NCBI GenBank assembly: GCA_951406725.2
Contig: OX597825.1
Coordinates: 4,588,001 to 4,652,000 of the forward strand
Length of the DNA stretch: 64,000 bases
Source of the DNA: Octopus vulgaris
Taxonomy: Eukaryota
Direction of reading: 5' to 3'
The position numbers and the translations under genes were made by a program. Within the stretch, counting starts at the first letter, position 1. Every line of letters begins with the position of its first letter. A model generated the notes under the pieces. That model saw only the letters and a program-made list of their open reading frames with translations, did not search any database and was not told the DNA's origin. Shown piece by piece: positions 27,973 through 42,451 of the stretch.

Positions 27973-29034
27973 AGTAATTGTTTCCCAGACCATGGCTCTG
28001 CGGTAACTATGTCTTACCAAAACGTTGTACCCATGACTCGTCTGTAATATCTAGATTTTTTTTCTTTTTTGTCCTTTCATTCACGGCTATGAAACGAAAG
28101 TAACTCTAATATAGGTAGATGATATATATTTATGGATATCGGTCACTATTTATGTATGGTATATACTTTGACAGATAGCTCAATGTCTTATGTTTAATAC
28201 GAAAATGGAATTGCTGTTACAACAAAGGGAAATGATCTCCAACCAATATCTCGCTGAAGAAGATTTAATAGTTTCTTCAAATGAACATTTCTTTAAGTCA
28301 GGAGAAACGAAACATAAGTTTTTTTACCTCCTTTCAACATAACAGATTCATAAACATCTATCACTGAAAACAGTCGACATAATCCAGTCTATTACTGAAC
28401 TTTAATACAGAATGATTATATGCATCTAACATTAACATTAAATTCATAATTAAAGTCTACATTCTCTAGAAAATTCTTATAAATTTCAATCTTAATATAC
28501 TTTTATGAAAATATTGTTTCCATTCATCTTTAACGTGAAGTTTCTGTTTGCAACTAAACCATAAAAGTAATTTTTATTCACTGCGGCATCGTTCATTTAC
28601 TGTGGGATAATGTTTTAAAAGTATTTGTTTATACTGGTCATAACTGTTCCCCGCCCCCATCCGTCATAACTTTATGAAAAAGAGATATTTTCAATTACAT
28701 TTCTACTAATACATTTCAGATAGTGGTGATTAACATTTTATCGGAATTTATTGTGAGAAAGATTGTTGTAAGAGAGGGGCAGATATGAGATTCTGATTAT
28801 TGGCCTACCTCAAGTTTGTTTTCTTATTGCTTCCAGAAAATTAGAGTATTTTTAACGAAGAGCTAACAAAGGACTTCTAGGTTGTCCAGATTACGATTAT
28901 ATCGGTATTTAATGTGAAAACAATTTGAGTGGTTGGATGTACAGGGGCAAATATTGCACATCAGATTTGTTTCCTCATACGTTTTGACAATTTAGATTAA
29001 TTAGAATTTTCTTCAAATAAATATGTTACGAGGA

Positions 29035-29200
29035 ATATTCAAACTTTTCTCGAAAATCGTCTCAAAGAGGCAAACAAAATGTGAGACAAAACAAAACTCA
29101 AACAACAGAGTCGCCTCAGCAGCTCCCGCTTCAGATGTCGTGGAACTTTCAGCAACGTTGATATGTGAATGTATCAGTGCATATAAACGTGTTAAACGAC

Positions 29201-29258
<58 letters not shown>

Positions 29259-29398
29259 CGTTGCTGAAAGTTCCATGATATCAGGAGCGAGCGCTGCTAA
29301 GGGGACTTTGTTGTTTGTGTCTTGTTTTGTCTCACTTTTTGTTTGCCTTTTTGAGACGATTTTCGAGAAAAGTTTGAATATATAAACGTGTTAAATGA

Positions 29399-29401
<3 letters not shown>
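29035..29401. repeat. Inverted duplication around (TA)n plus a direct duplication
   Basis: Arm 29035-29164 is the reverse complement of 29252-29381 (roughly 85-90% identical by eye). The 22-mer atataaacgtgttaaa(c/t)gactg occurs at 29181 and 29380, each copy followed by (TA)n. Confidence 0.92.
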
Positions 29402-29462
<61 letters not shown>

Positions 29463-30307
29463 GCACTTATACATACACCGAAACGCAAAATAAACGCGAG
29501 AGGTGTGTGACTGTGAAATATGTAATAATATCATTATATCAGAGATGAGTTTTGATAAATCTGATAAATTCAATTTCTTGGATGCGCTTTGACCACAGTG
29601 TGTGGGTCGTTGTCATGTGTTCTGGAAATGGGCGGATCCAGCACTTTCAGATTGTAGGGTGTGGTATGTTCAGTACCGTGTATGTTCTCCCTGGGTGTTC
29701 AAAACGGCCATTCGTACATGGAGGGCATGAGTCAGTTCACAAAAGCCATTGACACTCATGCCCACATCCTGAGGAAAGCTACCTCCAATTCTACACGAGT
29801 TGTCTATTTTGTAAGTCTTTATTCATTTATTTATTTTACTCTATTTTTATTTATTAATTATTTTATTCTATTTCATTCTTGATTTTATTTCATAATTTTA
29901 ATTATCCTAACTTTAAGTTAATATATCTTATAAGCCTTTTCACCATTTCGATATTTATAATAGATTGTCTGGAATGTATTCCACCTTAATTAAATATTAA
30001 TAATACCTGTATACACTTTAATTAAATTCTGCATACTAATTTTCAATTGCTTTAATATGGATGGACATAATATCACAATGTAAGACATTTATACCAATAT
30101 ACCTAGTTGCGGTTTTTATTTATTTATCACCCAGATGAATATATTAATATTTTCTTCCTTTACAACTCCAATATACACTACCTTTTTCCCGTTTCTAAGG
30201 TCTATACTATGTATTATACTATGTTATGTATGCATACATTTTATCAGTTAACGGTCTGCAGTCGTTTACTCACCCTGTAGGAGTTGAACACCTATTTTGT
30301 ATATCTT

Positions 30308-30402
30308 AAACTACCTCTGACGAAATTCGACTTCCAAATAATTTTTAATTTTATCAATTAATTTCCTGAAGGTCTTGAACTGAAACAGCTGTAAATGATT
30401 TT
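30308..30402 (+). ncRNA. Degenerate type I hammerhead ribozyme motif
   Basis: CTGACGA (30317), long stem II (ttcgacttc...gaaggtcttgaa), GAAA, palindromic CAGCTG, TA. Stem I pairs poorly. Confidence 0.55.
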
Positions 30403-33262
30403 GTCATTTTTTAATTAACAATATATATATGTGTGTGTGTGCGTGGATACATACATACATACATGCACACATACATACATGACATTGTATATGTGTTTGT
30501 GAGTGTGCAGTGGTCGGTTATCTGACTATGGTCTTTTCGGCGGTGTACATCGGTGCGAGAAAACGGTGCTCTTCGATCGCAGTCCGATGCAGTAGACGTT
30601 CTCTTGAAGCTCTATTTATGAACCATTGGTAGACACGTAAGTGATCTACAACCATCGATAATGCTCTCCTTATATCGTGATATAAATTATATAATAAAAC
30701 AGACAAATAAATAATAAATATTTATATAAGTAAATAAGTAAATAGATATAGAAATAAATAGCGGCAAAGGACAGAAAACGTGATGCAAAATATGGTTTAA
30801 CAATTAGACTATCTTTTCAGTGTCTCTTCCATTGCAGAATCTTCTCAAAGAATATATGAAAAGAAAAAACAGCTGCCTCATATTTTGGTGCCATTCTCTT
30901 ACACTCTTCCATTTCATAGATAATAATGTTCATGTCCAATATTAGATATTGTAGGAAGAAGAGATCAGGCTGCTGAATAATTTTAACGAGGAAGATATTT
31001 GCTTTTTGTTCTTTTGTTCCGCTTTCGTATTATTTAAATCGACTTGTTTGTGTTTTTCCAGAGTTATTAATCCAATATTTTGTGTTTTTATTTTTTAACA
31101 CATATCTTGACGTTGATTTTTATTTGTAACAATACTTTCTGTCAGATACAAACTTCTGCTTATTATCATTATTATTATTATTATCTTTTTATATTGGCGC
31201 GGTTCGTGATGCTGATATACAGTACTTTCATTTATTTGAAATTTAATTCTCGATCAAAGTTGATAGTCATCACTCATGATCCATTTTCCAGTGACCTATG
31301 AAACTGGAGGGAGGAAAATATAACCGTCTCCTCATTGGTGCAATTATTATAGAAATATCTCACTACGCCATACGGACGTAAATGACAGGCGGTGATGATA
31401 AACCGTTCCTCAGACAAAAGATAATATACCCAACACATCTATCCATTCGATGAGTTTGTATAACTTCAATTAAATGGTCTTCATTGATGAAGTTTTTATC
31501 GCTCTTAGCCGATAGTACATAACATGTAGCTAACATGTGGGACCGAAGCTGAATCCATGTTTTTGCGAAGAGAAATTTTTCAGCCTCAGTTATATTTGCC
31601 TATAGTATGGTATTGTTTAGTAAATTAGAAATGTTGGAAAAACTTGCCGTATTTTCTGGCATAGAAGTTGCCTTAATATCTAGTGTAGACGTGAAGTGTA
31701 AACATTCAAATATTGTCACAATCTTTCCTAATCCAGCAGCATTTCACGTGACATTTTTTATATTCCAAAATCGCTTCACATATAATTCCATATCCCTTTC
31801 TTGGCTTGCAAAGTTTGGTCTGATAATTTAAAATTGTTTGTTGAAAAATACAGGGTGTAAATTTAGAAGAAATTACATTGATTATTCCTTTGTCAGATTT
31901 GATACGGATGAACTGTGATCAAAGAACATAAACCATTCCCGTCGTGAAAATCCTGACTTTTACTCTATAATCAACCCCGATTCGTCAGGTCTTTTACCAA
32001 AATGGTCTGGTTTTGACCACTCAGACGTTTTTTTTTTCTTTTCGTTTTCTTTTGGAGAAACAGTGCATCTAGGATCACATAATCTCATGAGTACTTCTTA
32101 GTAGAAGCTGGCTTTCTCGTGCACTTAACCTTTACACCGATTATCAAAATAATTCCAAAAATTTCCTTTTGATATTTCCTTTGTTATGTTTTCTGTTTTC
32201 TTCATTATAGGTGTTTTCTCCCAAGTCAGCCCTCATCCAACTTACCTATCAATACAGACATTTCAGCTGTGAGCACCCAGTAATATTATTAAAATCAATT
32301 TATCTCAGACCACATAATCTATATTGTTCTTTCTTATAGTCAACAATGATCCAGCAGAAGTTTGACTAAAGAGGCTCCAGCCGTGAGCTTCTCATCTATA
32401 TTTTCCTTACATCACTGCATTTACAGAACATTGAATTGTCCTCTTCCTCTGTTAAGAATTCAAGATATTAATCCATGAAGATACAAGATATTATCTCATG
32501 AAGATTTGCAGCTGTTCTTCTCATGGAAGTAGCTCTACATTGGTTCAGTTAGGTACAAATATTTCTGTTTAATATAGATTTAATGATTTAGATAAGATAG
32601 AATACAATAGACACCACAGGAATTCTTGCGCATTGTATTTTATTCAAATTCAGTTATGGTAAGATTAGGATAGCTGTAGCATAAATATGGACCAGTTCCC
32701 GTCAAATCCCCTCGTATAATCCAAATGCATATTCAACTTTATCTAATTACCACTACGAAAAAGTAAATTTAATAAAGACATTGGTTAATGAATTTCTCGA
32801 AATTATACTTTGAACAAACTAGAGAGAGATATCTAGCAGATAATAAATTGCGCATACAAGTTTTCTTCTCCACAAGTATGTCTACAGCAAGCATAAAATA
32901 ATTATTTACCGAATTTACGACAGATGTGCGCAATATATTCTAAGTTAGAAGACGTTACCATGCTGCGATGCATCCATAAACAAGAAAGGAAGTAAGAAAA
33001 AGCAAAATCTAATTGATGTATAGACAACTGAACGAACTGAGTATTTCAATCAGTGGAGTTGCTCGGGAAGTTTCTAGCAAAAATAACTTCCAAGAAACGA
33101 GAAAATTATTCCAAAATACATGCAAAACACTTTTTAAAAAGTAAACTATATTTTACAATGTCTTTCGCATTTCGCTAGTAGTGCATTTTTCTTTCCAGTT
33201 AATAACAAAATATTTTGTTCGGTCGCTGACTAATAGAAGGCATCAATAAGACACGTAAAATA

Positions 33263-33602
33263 GGCGGCGAGCTGGCCGAAACGTTAGCACGCCGGGCGAA
33301 ATGCTTAGCGGTATTTCATCTGTCTTTACGTCCTGAGTTCAAATTCCACCGAGGTCTTCTTTGCCTTTCATCCTTTCGGGGTCGATAAATTAAGTACCAG
33401 TTGCATACTGGAATCGATCTAAAAATTTCGGACCTTGTGCCTAAAGTAGAAAAGATTATTAGAACATGTAAAAGAGGTGGCGAGCTGGCAGAATCGTTAG
33501 CTGGACGAAATGCTTAGAGGTATTTCGCCCATCGATACGTTCTGAGTTCAAATTCCGCCGATGTCTTTTCATGCCTTCGTGGTCGATAAAATAAGTACCA
33601 GC
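33263..33602 (+). mobile_element. Two adjacent OK-like SINE copies (33263-33460 and 33475-33602)
   Basis: Both begin gg(c/t)ggcgagctggc.gaa.cgttagc and contain gagttcaaattcc and gtcgataaa.taagtacc. Confidence 0.88.
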
Positions 33603-34559
33603 TACCATGTTCCCTCACATTATATTTGTCGACGTGTGAAGCTATAATAGATGACACTTACTTTAGAGAGGCGCAGTATGAATGTACACGAAATCTCTTG
33701 ATTAGAAAACGAGCTTCAATACCAAGCAGCCTTTATATAAATTATTATATTCATACGGCGTAATATTTCGACTGGAATAAATATTTTGTGTGATGGTCAA
33801 TGTCTCTGCCATATTTACCAAATATTAGACAGAATATTTATATTTGTCTATATTTATATATGTCTGTATGTATAATACATTCTTCCTAACAGTCTAGAAA
33901 ATAGCCATTAACAATAGTGACAAGCTAAAGTCTAGACACTTCCCGGCGTATCTTTGGTGTTTTCTTTAAATCTGACTTGTTTTCACAACTAGAAAACAGC
34001 TGTTAACAAAACACAAGTTTCACTTATCTAACTAGAGAAATTTCTGGATATTCGCATCCATGTGTGTGAGAATCAGATGTGTCTATAGATACGTGCAGAA
34101 GAGTGTTCGAAATTATTACCTCTTGTAAAATATCTAGATAAATATGTGCTTATCTTCTAGGTATTTGTGTGAATGAATGTGAATGTCTTTAGATATTTTA
34201 AGATATTTCACATAATATTCATCACGTCTTAACATCTCACATTTGTCCTTAATTGTCGTGGAATCCTCTCCTAGATATTCATTCTGATATTCTCCGGCCA
34301 CACGATGTTTTCCTTTCATTATTTTCGCGGCCCGGACAATAGGATTTAAGAACTGATAACAATACAATAAAGACTGACCGTGATGAACATTTCAAGGATA
34401 ATAAATGGACCTGCAAATCATCTACGGATTATTTCGATATAACCATGAGCGCCTTGTACTCAACCCAGGTTACTGACATTATTGCCCTGGATTATCTACA
34501 TTGTCAGTCGAACCCACCAAGAAAGCCCAACACAATTTTTTTGAAAACTAAAATCTACG

Positions 34560-34920
34560 TATTTCCTTCGAAATTGACACTAAGGTGGCCATTTTCTTAG
34601 ACGTTACTCTTGATTTAAACAGAAATTCATCCCACCCTATCCTTAAACAGAACCACTCTTTACAATACATAAATGTTCTGTCTAATCATCCTAAACTTAC
34701 CCTTAATTGTATAGTCACAAGCATATCTATCAGAATCTCTAACTTATCAGCTAACGAAGAAATTTTTAACACCTACACCCCTTATTATAATCATACCCTC
34801 AAAATAAGCATCTTTCGCGAAGAAATTTATTATATCCCCAACACTAAGCTTAAAACACATCTCTTCATCAATACTAACCTGAATCTACGGACACTACTTC
34901 CACTCTACGCCAGTAAATAA
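34560..34920 (+). pseudogene. Penelope-like reverse transcriptase C-terminal (thumb) fragment
   Basis: ORF 34585-34920: FLDVTLDL...LQYINVLSNHPK...SISIRISNLSANEEIFN...YYNHTLK, typical of PLE RT (FLD.t.dL...Y.n..SnHP...si..Ri..lssnee.F). Confidence 0.8.
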
Positions 34921-35055
34921 AAAACAAACCCCGCTACTATAACAACTACAACAGCATCGGTTGTCAAGCGATGTTGGGGAGACAACCACAGACACACACA
35001 AACACACACACACACATAAATATATACATTAATATTATTGGAAAAAATGTTAAAG

Positions 35056-35109
35056 TCTTACAGCTGTTTCTGGGATATCCCCGAATATGGGATATTCCGT
35101 CTTTAGAGA
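35056..35109 (-). ncRNA. Degenerate hammerhead motif in an inverted PLE terminal repeat
   Basis: Minus strand reads tct-CTAAAGA-cggaatatccc atattc ggggatatccca-GAAA-CAGCTG-TA-aga. The core has G5 changed to A. Confidence 0.5.
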
Positions 35110-35598
35110 GGAATAGGAAAAATAGGGGAAGGGAGAAGGGTAGATATTAATGGAATGACAATATACAAGAAAGGAGTAAATGAATCGGGAGATGAAGAGA
35201 GAGAATAAAAAAGAGGCATAAATGTTCATAGTTCAAATTACCGATGCTGTAGAAAGAAATGCATAAGGCCTTAGGAGCAATCCTGAGTAAGTCCACGTGG
35301 GTTAAAATCTTGATATTGTAAACATCCAGAGTAAAAAGAAGCGAATATATCAGATTCTGTTATTCAACGTTGATATATTCGCGTTTTTATGGGAACGTAA
35401 ACACGTCAGCATCGGTTGTCAAGCGATAGTGGAGGGAGGAGACAAACACAGACACACACACACACATATATATATATATATGTATATATATATTAATGTA
35501 TATACATGATGTCTGTATATGTATATATATACGTATATATATATGTATATATAAGTATATATATTTATATATATATATATATATGTATATTATATATG

Positions 35599-35669
<71 letters not shown>

Positions 35670-35681
35670 TATATATGTATA

Positions 35682-36194
<513 letters not shown>

Positions 36195-36371
36195 GTATAT
36201 AAATATATATATATGTGCATATATGTATGTATATTTCTGCATCCATTAATTTACACGGTGTATTGCTGTGCTAAATAACTATTGTTACGCTATCTAAAAC
36301 TAATTAAAAGAAATGTAATCAGGAACATATAAAACCATGGGCAACACAATTCTTGTCAAATGCCTTCTCCG

Positions 36372-36416
<45 letters not shown>

Positions 36417-36882
36417 TGTGTCTGTGCGTGAGTGTTGCTTAATTTATTGTCTATCACTGCGTACATGTATTAACATTGCTCCTATATATGTTTAATCTTC
36501 CATTCTTAGCCTATTATAATAAACAAGCCGAACGGCTGCAGAAGGATGTGGAGCTTTCACATTAGGTCCACCGCAGTTCTTTCCCTTGTCAAATAACTTG
36601 CGCCAATTCTTGCAGATGTGTGCAACAGATAGCGTGCTAACGATGTTTGTTTACAGACTTCATTATAGCGTACATTGACACAGAGCGAGAGAAATAAAAA
36701 GAGAGATACATGGCTAAAGGTAGAGAGAGAGAGAAAGAGAGAGAACGAATGGAACATTGGAAGAAAAAGAAGAAAAGCAAAACAAACATACATATACAAT
36801 GAAACAAATAATGGGAAAAAAAGGAAACGATTTATTCACGTACAAAATGACGCATATATACACACTCAGGAACAGACGTATA

Positions 36883-36934
<52 letters not shown>

Positions 36935-37455
36935 CACACATTTACATAAGTACATTTAATAGCTTATATACAGATATATAAATATATTTGTATGTGTGTG
37001 TGTTTGGACGATGTGTTTGTATACATGTATAGATAGATAGAAAAATAGATTAACATATACACACGCACATACATACACATATGTACATTTATTTACATAT
37101 GTACACATATATATTTCCATGTATACATGTATATATAGGCATATATATGTGCATAGATGTATATATAAAAATACATGAACCTATGTATGTGTGCATGTAT
37201 GCATGCATATATGTATGTATATATATATGTATGTAGGTATGTATGTATGTATGCATAACTGTATGTATGCAGGTATGTATGTAACTGGAAGACTTTGTAT
37301 CTGTCTGTCTCACATCTACGGTCCTCTCTGTGTTATTCATATATATTCCTATATATATCAACGTATGTTTTTCTATATGTGTATTTGTTCGTATGTATTC
37401 ACATAATGTATATTTGAATTATATGTTACGAATATATAAGTGTACATTCATCTCC

Positions 37456-37518
<63 letters not shown>

Positions 37519-37582
37519 ATATATATATGCATGTTTATGTAAATATATATATATTTATGTAATATATATATGTATGTTTATG

Positions 37583-37622
<40 letters not shown>

Positions 37623-37757
37623 AGTGTGATATATATATGTATGTTTATGTAAATATATATATATACACGCACACTCATACACATACACACACACATATAT
37701 ATATATATGTTTATATACGTGCATATATATATGCATATATATACGTATATATGTATA

Positions 37758-37788
<31 letters not shown>

Positions 37789-38324
37789 GTAGGTATGTAT
37801 GTACTGATATATATATGTATATTTATATAAATATTACGATAGTGTGTATGCATGGGTGCAATATAGTTGAACGTGAAAATATATCCACGATTTAAATGTG
37901 ACCGCATCAATATAAATTGTATATAAATTGTATATGCGTATACATGAATATTATTTTCTATTCTAGGCACAACGCCCACAATTTTGAGAGAGGGCCTATT
38001 TGATTAGATCGGCTCCAGTACGCAACTGTTACTTAATTTATCGACCTGGAAAAGATGAAAAGAAAAGTTGACCTCTGGCATTTAATTGTATATTGAATAT
38101 CAGTGCGTACTGTTCTGTCCAGTAATATATAGACATACGTACATACATACAAACGTACAGATTCACTCATCCGAATACACTCATCAACATATAGAGAATG
38201 AGTGAGGGTCGTGTGAGTGAGAGGTACTTCTATGAATGCAGGTATATATATGTATATATATATATACATATATATATGTATATTTATATATACATATATA
38301 TATATATATGTATATATGTGTGTG

Positions 38325-38399
<75 letters not shown>

Positions 38400-39062
38400 A
38401 ATAGAGAAAACTGCCAAATTTTCTATCCTTTTGTTATGATATTCTTAATAACCCGATTCTTTAACTGTATGCATAGTAACATTGTTTAAGATATTTAAGT
38501 TTAGTACCATATGATAAGACTTCCCCTGTTTCATTATCAATATTCTGCTAATGGGCGACGCCCTTAATTATCAGCTAACATCTTGGTTTAAGTTTTCCTT
38601 AACTAAACCTAATGATATTGCTTATAATAAATCTTGATTTCTTTATGACTATACCAACTAGAATCTCTGTCAACTCACTCAGCCCTACCCCTAACAGATA
38701 CTGCCTTGTGTTCTCTCAGTCTTAGATATACAAGGGATTTGATAAACTAGTCTATAAATTAAAGCAGACACCATAAAGACAAAAAATCAGTGGTAAACAG
38801 AGTCTTGATAATTTTAGTAACTTCTATGCTGAAGTAAAGAAATGGTCTTTGTGTATCTCCTTAACTTCTGGTAGATTATAGGTATAATTATACTAATGTG
38901 TCCATCTGTTCTATTTTAATTAAATTCTATGTCTTTGTGCAGCTGAAGATTGCTCTATATTTTAAATTGATGTAATGAGTCCATTGTTCAATTAAATGGA
39001 GTTGCATGAAACGATCGTACTGCATTCCCTCTGGATATCCTTGTTGCTTATTTTGATTTCAA
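38400..39062 (+). mobile_element. Penelope-like 3' region or terminal repeat
   Basis: The 3' part is homologous to 35850-35980 (ggatatccttgttgcttattttgatt). It starts right after a (TA)n tract. The upstream boundary is uncertain. Confidence 0.6.
38937..39025 (+). ncRNA. Type I hammerhead ribozyme, intact core
   Basis: GTGCAG-CTGAAGA-58 nt stem II region (tgctctat...aattga.tgtaatg agtc cattgt.tcaatt...atggag.tt.gca)-GAAA-CGATCG (palindrome)-TA-CTGCAT. Stem I is 6 bp, and cleavage is predicted after 39019. Confidence 0.8.
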
Positions 39063-39119
39063 TCATATATATGGATATGTATATAATTTCGTATATATAT
39101 ATATATATCATGTGATCAC

Positions 39120-39338
39120 GTGACCAACCACGCTATCAGATGATGCTATACATCGATGGTCACAATGCATTTCAAATGACGCCACTCCGCTGGCTAAGCG
39201 AGCAGGCCAACAGAAGAAAGAGTGCCAGAGCCTCGTGGAGCTTTAAGTGTTTCCGCTCAATAAACACTCACAACGCCCGGTCTGGGAATAGAAACCGCGA
39301 TCCTACGACCACGAGTCCGCTGCCCTAGCCACTGGGCA
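39120..39338 (-). mobile_element. Third tRNA-derived SINE family copy
   Basis: Minus strand gcccagtggctagggcagcggactc...cgcggtttctattcccagaccgggc, a tRNA-like head with A/B-box-like elements, followed by a unique body. Confidence 0.6.
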
Positions 39339-39343
39339 ATTGC

Positions 39344-39410
<67 letters not shown>

Positions 39411-39458
39411 GAGACAGAGAGAGCCAGAGAGATATATTAGAGTATATATATATATATA

Positions 39459-39834
39459 TCTCTCTCTATATAAACGGCAGTTTGTCTGTGCGTGTTTCTG
39501 TGTGTCTGTTTGCTTGTACCTTCACCCTGACCACGGCTTTCAACCAATTCTGCTGAAACTTGACACGCACATAGCCCAATGTCATAATTCAAAACTAACG
39601 CAGCGAAAATTTTGAAAAGTTCCCCCCAGTTCTGAAAAAAATCGATAAATTCGACATGGGGTCGAGAATCAGAAACACAAACCGCAAACTGTCTAGGGGA
39701 TGCAACTCCACCTTTTTTAACTCTCAAAACTCTCAAAACTCTCATTTTTTTGTTATTTTTTGGCTATAACTCTCTAAAAATGCTTTATAGTTATTTCCCT
39801 TACAAAACTGAGCAACGCCGGGCGATACTGCTAG
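39459..39834 (+). mobile_element. Non-autonomous Helitron
   Basis: Starts A|TC and ends CTAG|T inside a (TA)n tract. A subterminal GC-rich hairpin ctgagcaacgccggg lies about 9 nt before the CTAG. There are no TIRs. Confidence 0.8.
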
Positions 39835-39866
<32 letters not shown>

Positions 39867-39984
39867 GGCACAGTAGCAACTGTGTGGTAAGTATGTTGCT
39901 TACCAAGCACATGGCTCCGGATTCAGTCCCCTTGCATGGCACCTTGGGCAAACGTCTTCTTCTAAAGGATCCGTGATTCAGCTG

Positions 39985-40640
39985 AGGAAGGTGATCGTGT
40001 GAAGGCAGTAGAGTTTTCCCACTCGGTTCAATGGATGCAGCTGGACCAAGCATTTGAGCGCTCACTGTCCTGGAAGGAACGTTTGAGCACTCAACAAGGA
40101 AGAGTGTATTTCCTCCTTCGTATTATCACTGACCTATAACCAACCCCAAACGACCTTAAAATGTGGGGTAACGAAAAAGGGCATCCTGCATGTAATGATG
40201 AGAAACTATTTGCAACTTGAATCACATTTTAACCGGATTCAATGGGAGGAGGTCAAAACATGTGGCGACGTGTTTCTGCGGAAATTGTCAAGTGGATAGA
40301 TTTGCAAAGCGTGAAAGCTAATAACCATCAACCCCAACCAGCAAAGGACAACCAAATTCTTAAAGAAAGGTGACAAATATCCGAAAGTGAAAGCAATGGA
40401 AAGGTACGCAGTTTCTATTTCGCCTGCAGCTTCCACCTGAGAGATCCAAGAGAAACCTGACTGGCAGACGTGTGTTCTCAGAGGAGAGAGTATTAACATC
40501 ACTCCAACCAGACATGTTTCTACTATCTAGGAATAAAAAGCAATCGTCGTGGTTGAATATATAGTGACCTGAGAGGACACACTCGATATATCCCACGAAG
40601 TAAAGAAATCGGAATTTTGGGACTTAGTCGACGAGGCCCA
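39985..40640 (+). pseudogene. Degraded HERO/NeSL-type RLE LINE, C-terminal region
   Basis: Piecewise translation ERSLSWKE...QGRVYFLLRIITDL*PTPNDLKMWG, then HILTG (zinc-knuckle region), then TSLQPDMFLLS...EDTLDISHEVKK.EFWDLVDEA (PD-D/E-xK nuclease-like). Many frameshifts. Confidence 0.7.
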
Positions 40641-40793
40641 AGTCAATGGTTGGCATGCAGCCCTATTCTCCATTGAAACCGGCTACAGCAGCTTTTTGTC
40701 TGGTATATTCTTTTCATTTTTGATTCTAGATATTTGTAGCCAAACTTTTGAGAATAACCAATAATTTTTCTAGATGGCAAATGCATGCAGCTG

Positions 40794-40845
<52 letters not shown>

Positions 40846-41407
40846 TCACTCACATACACACACTCTCATTCTCTCTCTTTCTATCTTACTTTCCCTCTCC
40901 TTCTCTTACGCACATTCTCTTCCTCTCTTTCTGTTACCTCTTTTCACACTAACTAAAACATACATTTGAAATGCTTAAACCCCATTCCTATGGAATGACG
41001 TTTAACGTCACGACATCCTGGCAACTCTTGCATAGTCTTTAGAAGTATATCGGTTTTATTTTATGACTTTGTAAACCGTTTTATAAATAGATGCGTAATC
41101 ACTGGAACTTCCTTTCTAAGCTGTAGTCAATCGCAGTCGCATGTATTATTCTTGACAAATGCATCGAGAATAACACAATATCGTAGTAAAAGAATCATCT
41201 TGAAAAAAACTATACATAATGTGGCCAAACCCAGCGTTTTTATAACCGACATAAATTTGTCTTCCTTGCTAGATGTTGAGGTGCTGATAACGCTTTCAGC
41301 AATGACAAACATCGTCACGCCCATTACTAGTGGTGGATATGGCACAAGATTATAGGTTTGCTTTTAAATCTACCCCTGTCGTCCAATCAATTACTAGAAT
41401 CATTTAA

Positions 41408-41610
41408 GGCGGCGAGCAGGTCGAATGATTATTAACACGCCGGGTAAAATGATTAGCGGCATTTCGTCCGTCTTCACGTTCGGAAATCACATTCCGCCGA
41501 AGTCAACTTTACCTTCTAACCTTTTGGGGTCGATAAATAAAATACCATTTGGGCACTGGGGTCGATCAAATCGACTTACCCCTTTTCTTCAAAATTGCTG
41601 GCTTTGAAAA
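41408..41610 (+). mobile_element. OK-like SINE copy, diverged
   Basis: ggcggcgagc...ttagcggcatttcgtc...ggggtcgataaat...cactggggtcgat. Confidence 0.75.
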
Positions 41611-41699
41611 CAATTACTACATTTATGGTCAGTGTGACCCTTCCTGAGTCTACTTTATGCTGCAGGAAAAAGATAATTAAGTAGAAATTGTTATTTTGT

Positions 41700-42010
41700 T
41701 TGTTCAGTAACAGACACGTTAAAAGTTTCCGAAGCACATTTAAACATTTTACTGGATGATAATTTCTCTAGAACTGTTGCTTTGTAATTATCCTTCAATC
41801 AAAAGTGTCGTTCTCTCATCCACCTTTTGGGTACTCTTCCATCATTCCGCATTTCCTCCTCTAAATTGGAATGATTCTTAAGCTAGAAATGCTCCATCTC
41901 ATCAGAACTAGGTGTCTCCCAATTAGACATCTTTCTTAATTACTTCCCCTCTTTTCTCACTTTTATTGCTACTTGCTTTAAGGCTGGCCTTTTCCATTGC
42001 ATTTCTAACT
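41700..42010 (-). pseudogene. Degraded RT N-terminal fragment of an R4/Dong-type LINE
   Basis: Minus-strand pieces MSNWETPSSDEMEHF*LK...NYHPVKCLNVLRKLLTC resemble NWKAPGPDG...WLK...NYRPITCL...KLLT. Confidence 0.6.
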
Positions 42011-42451
42011 TTTTTAATCAATTAATCTCACTTGTGTATTAGTAGGAATTAACCAAATGTAACTCAAAAACTTAATAGCTTCTTTTAGATTTGTAAAACA
42101 GAGACGCCGCCTTCGCCGAGGAAATTTCCAAAGAATAATTTTTGAGTGGGGTAAAATATTTGATTTTCTTTAAATTGGATTTGCTATGTAAAAAACCTTT
42201 TAACCTGATTTACCTTAAAAAATGTCGTCTATTACTGGCTTCATTCATTTCACTTTTATCCTATTTACCATATTCACAATGTTTTCTGCCTCTTCTTCGT
42301 GTTCTTCCATTGCTCTTGGCGCCAAGTATTTATTCTATTCGATTTATTCTATTCGCTCACCATCCAACATCCTTTCCCTCCAAGATTTAAATTAGTTTGA
42401 TCGTCGGAAGATGCAGTGCAACATTTGTTTTGGACAAATGTATCTGTGCTG

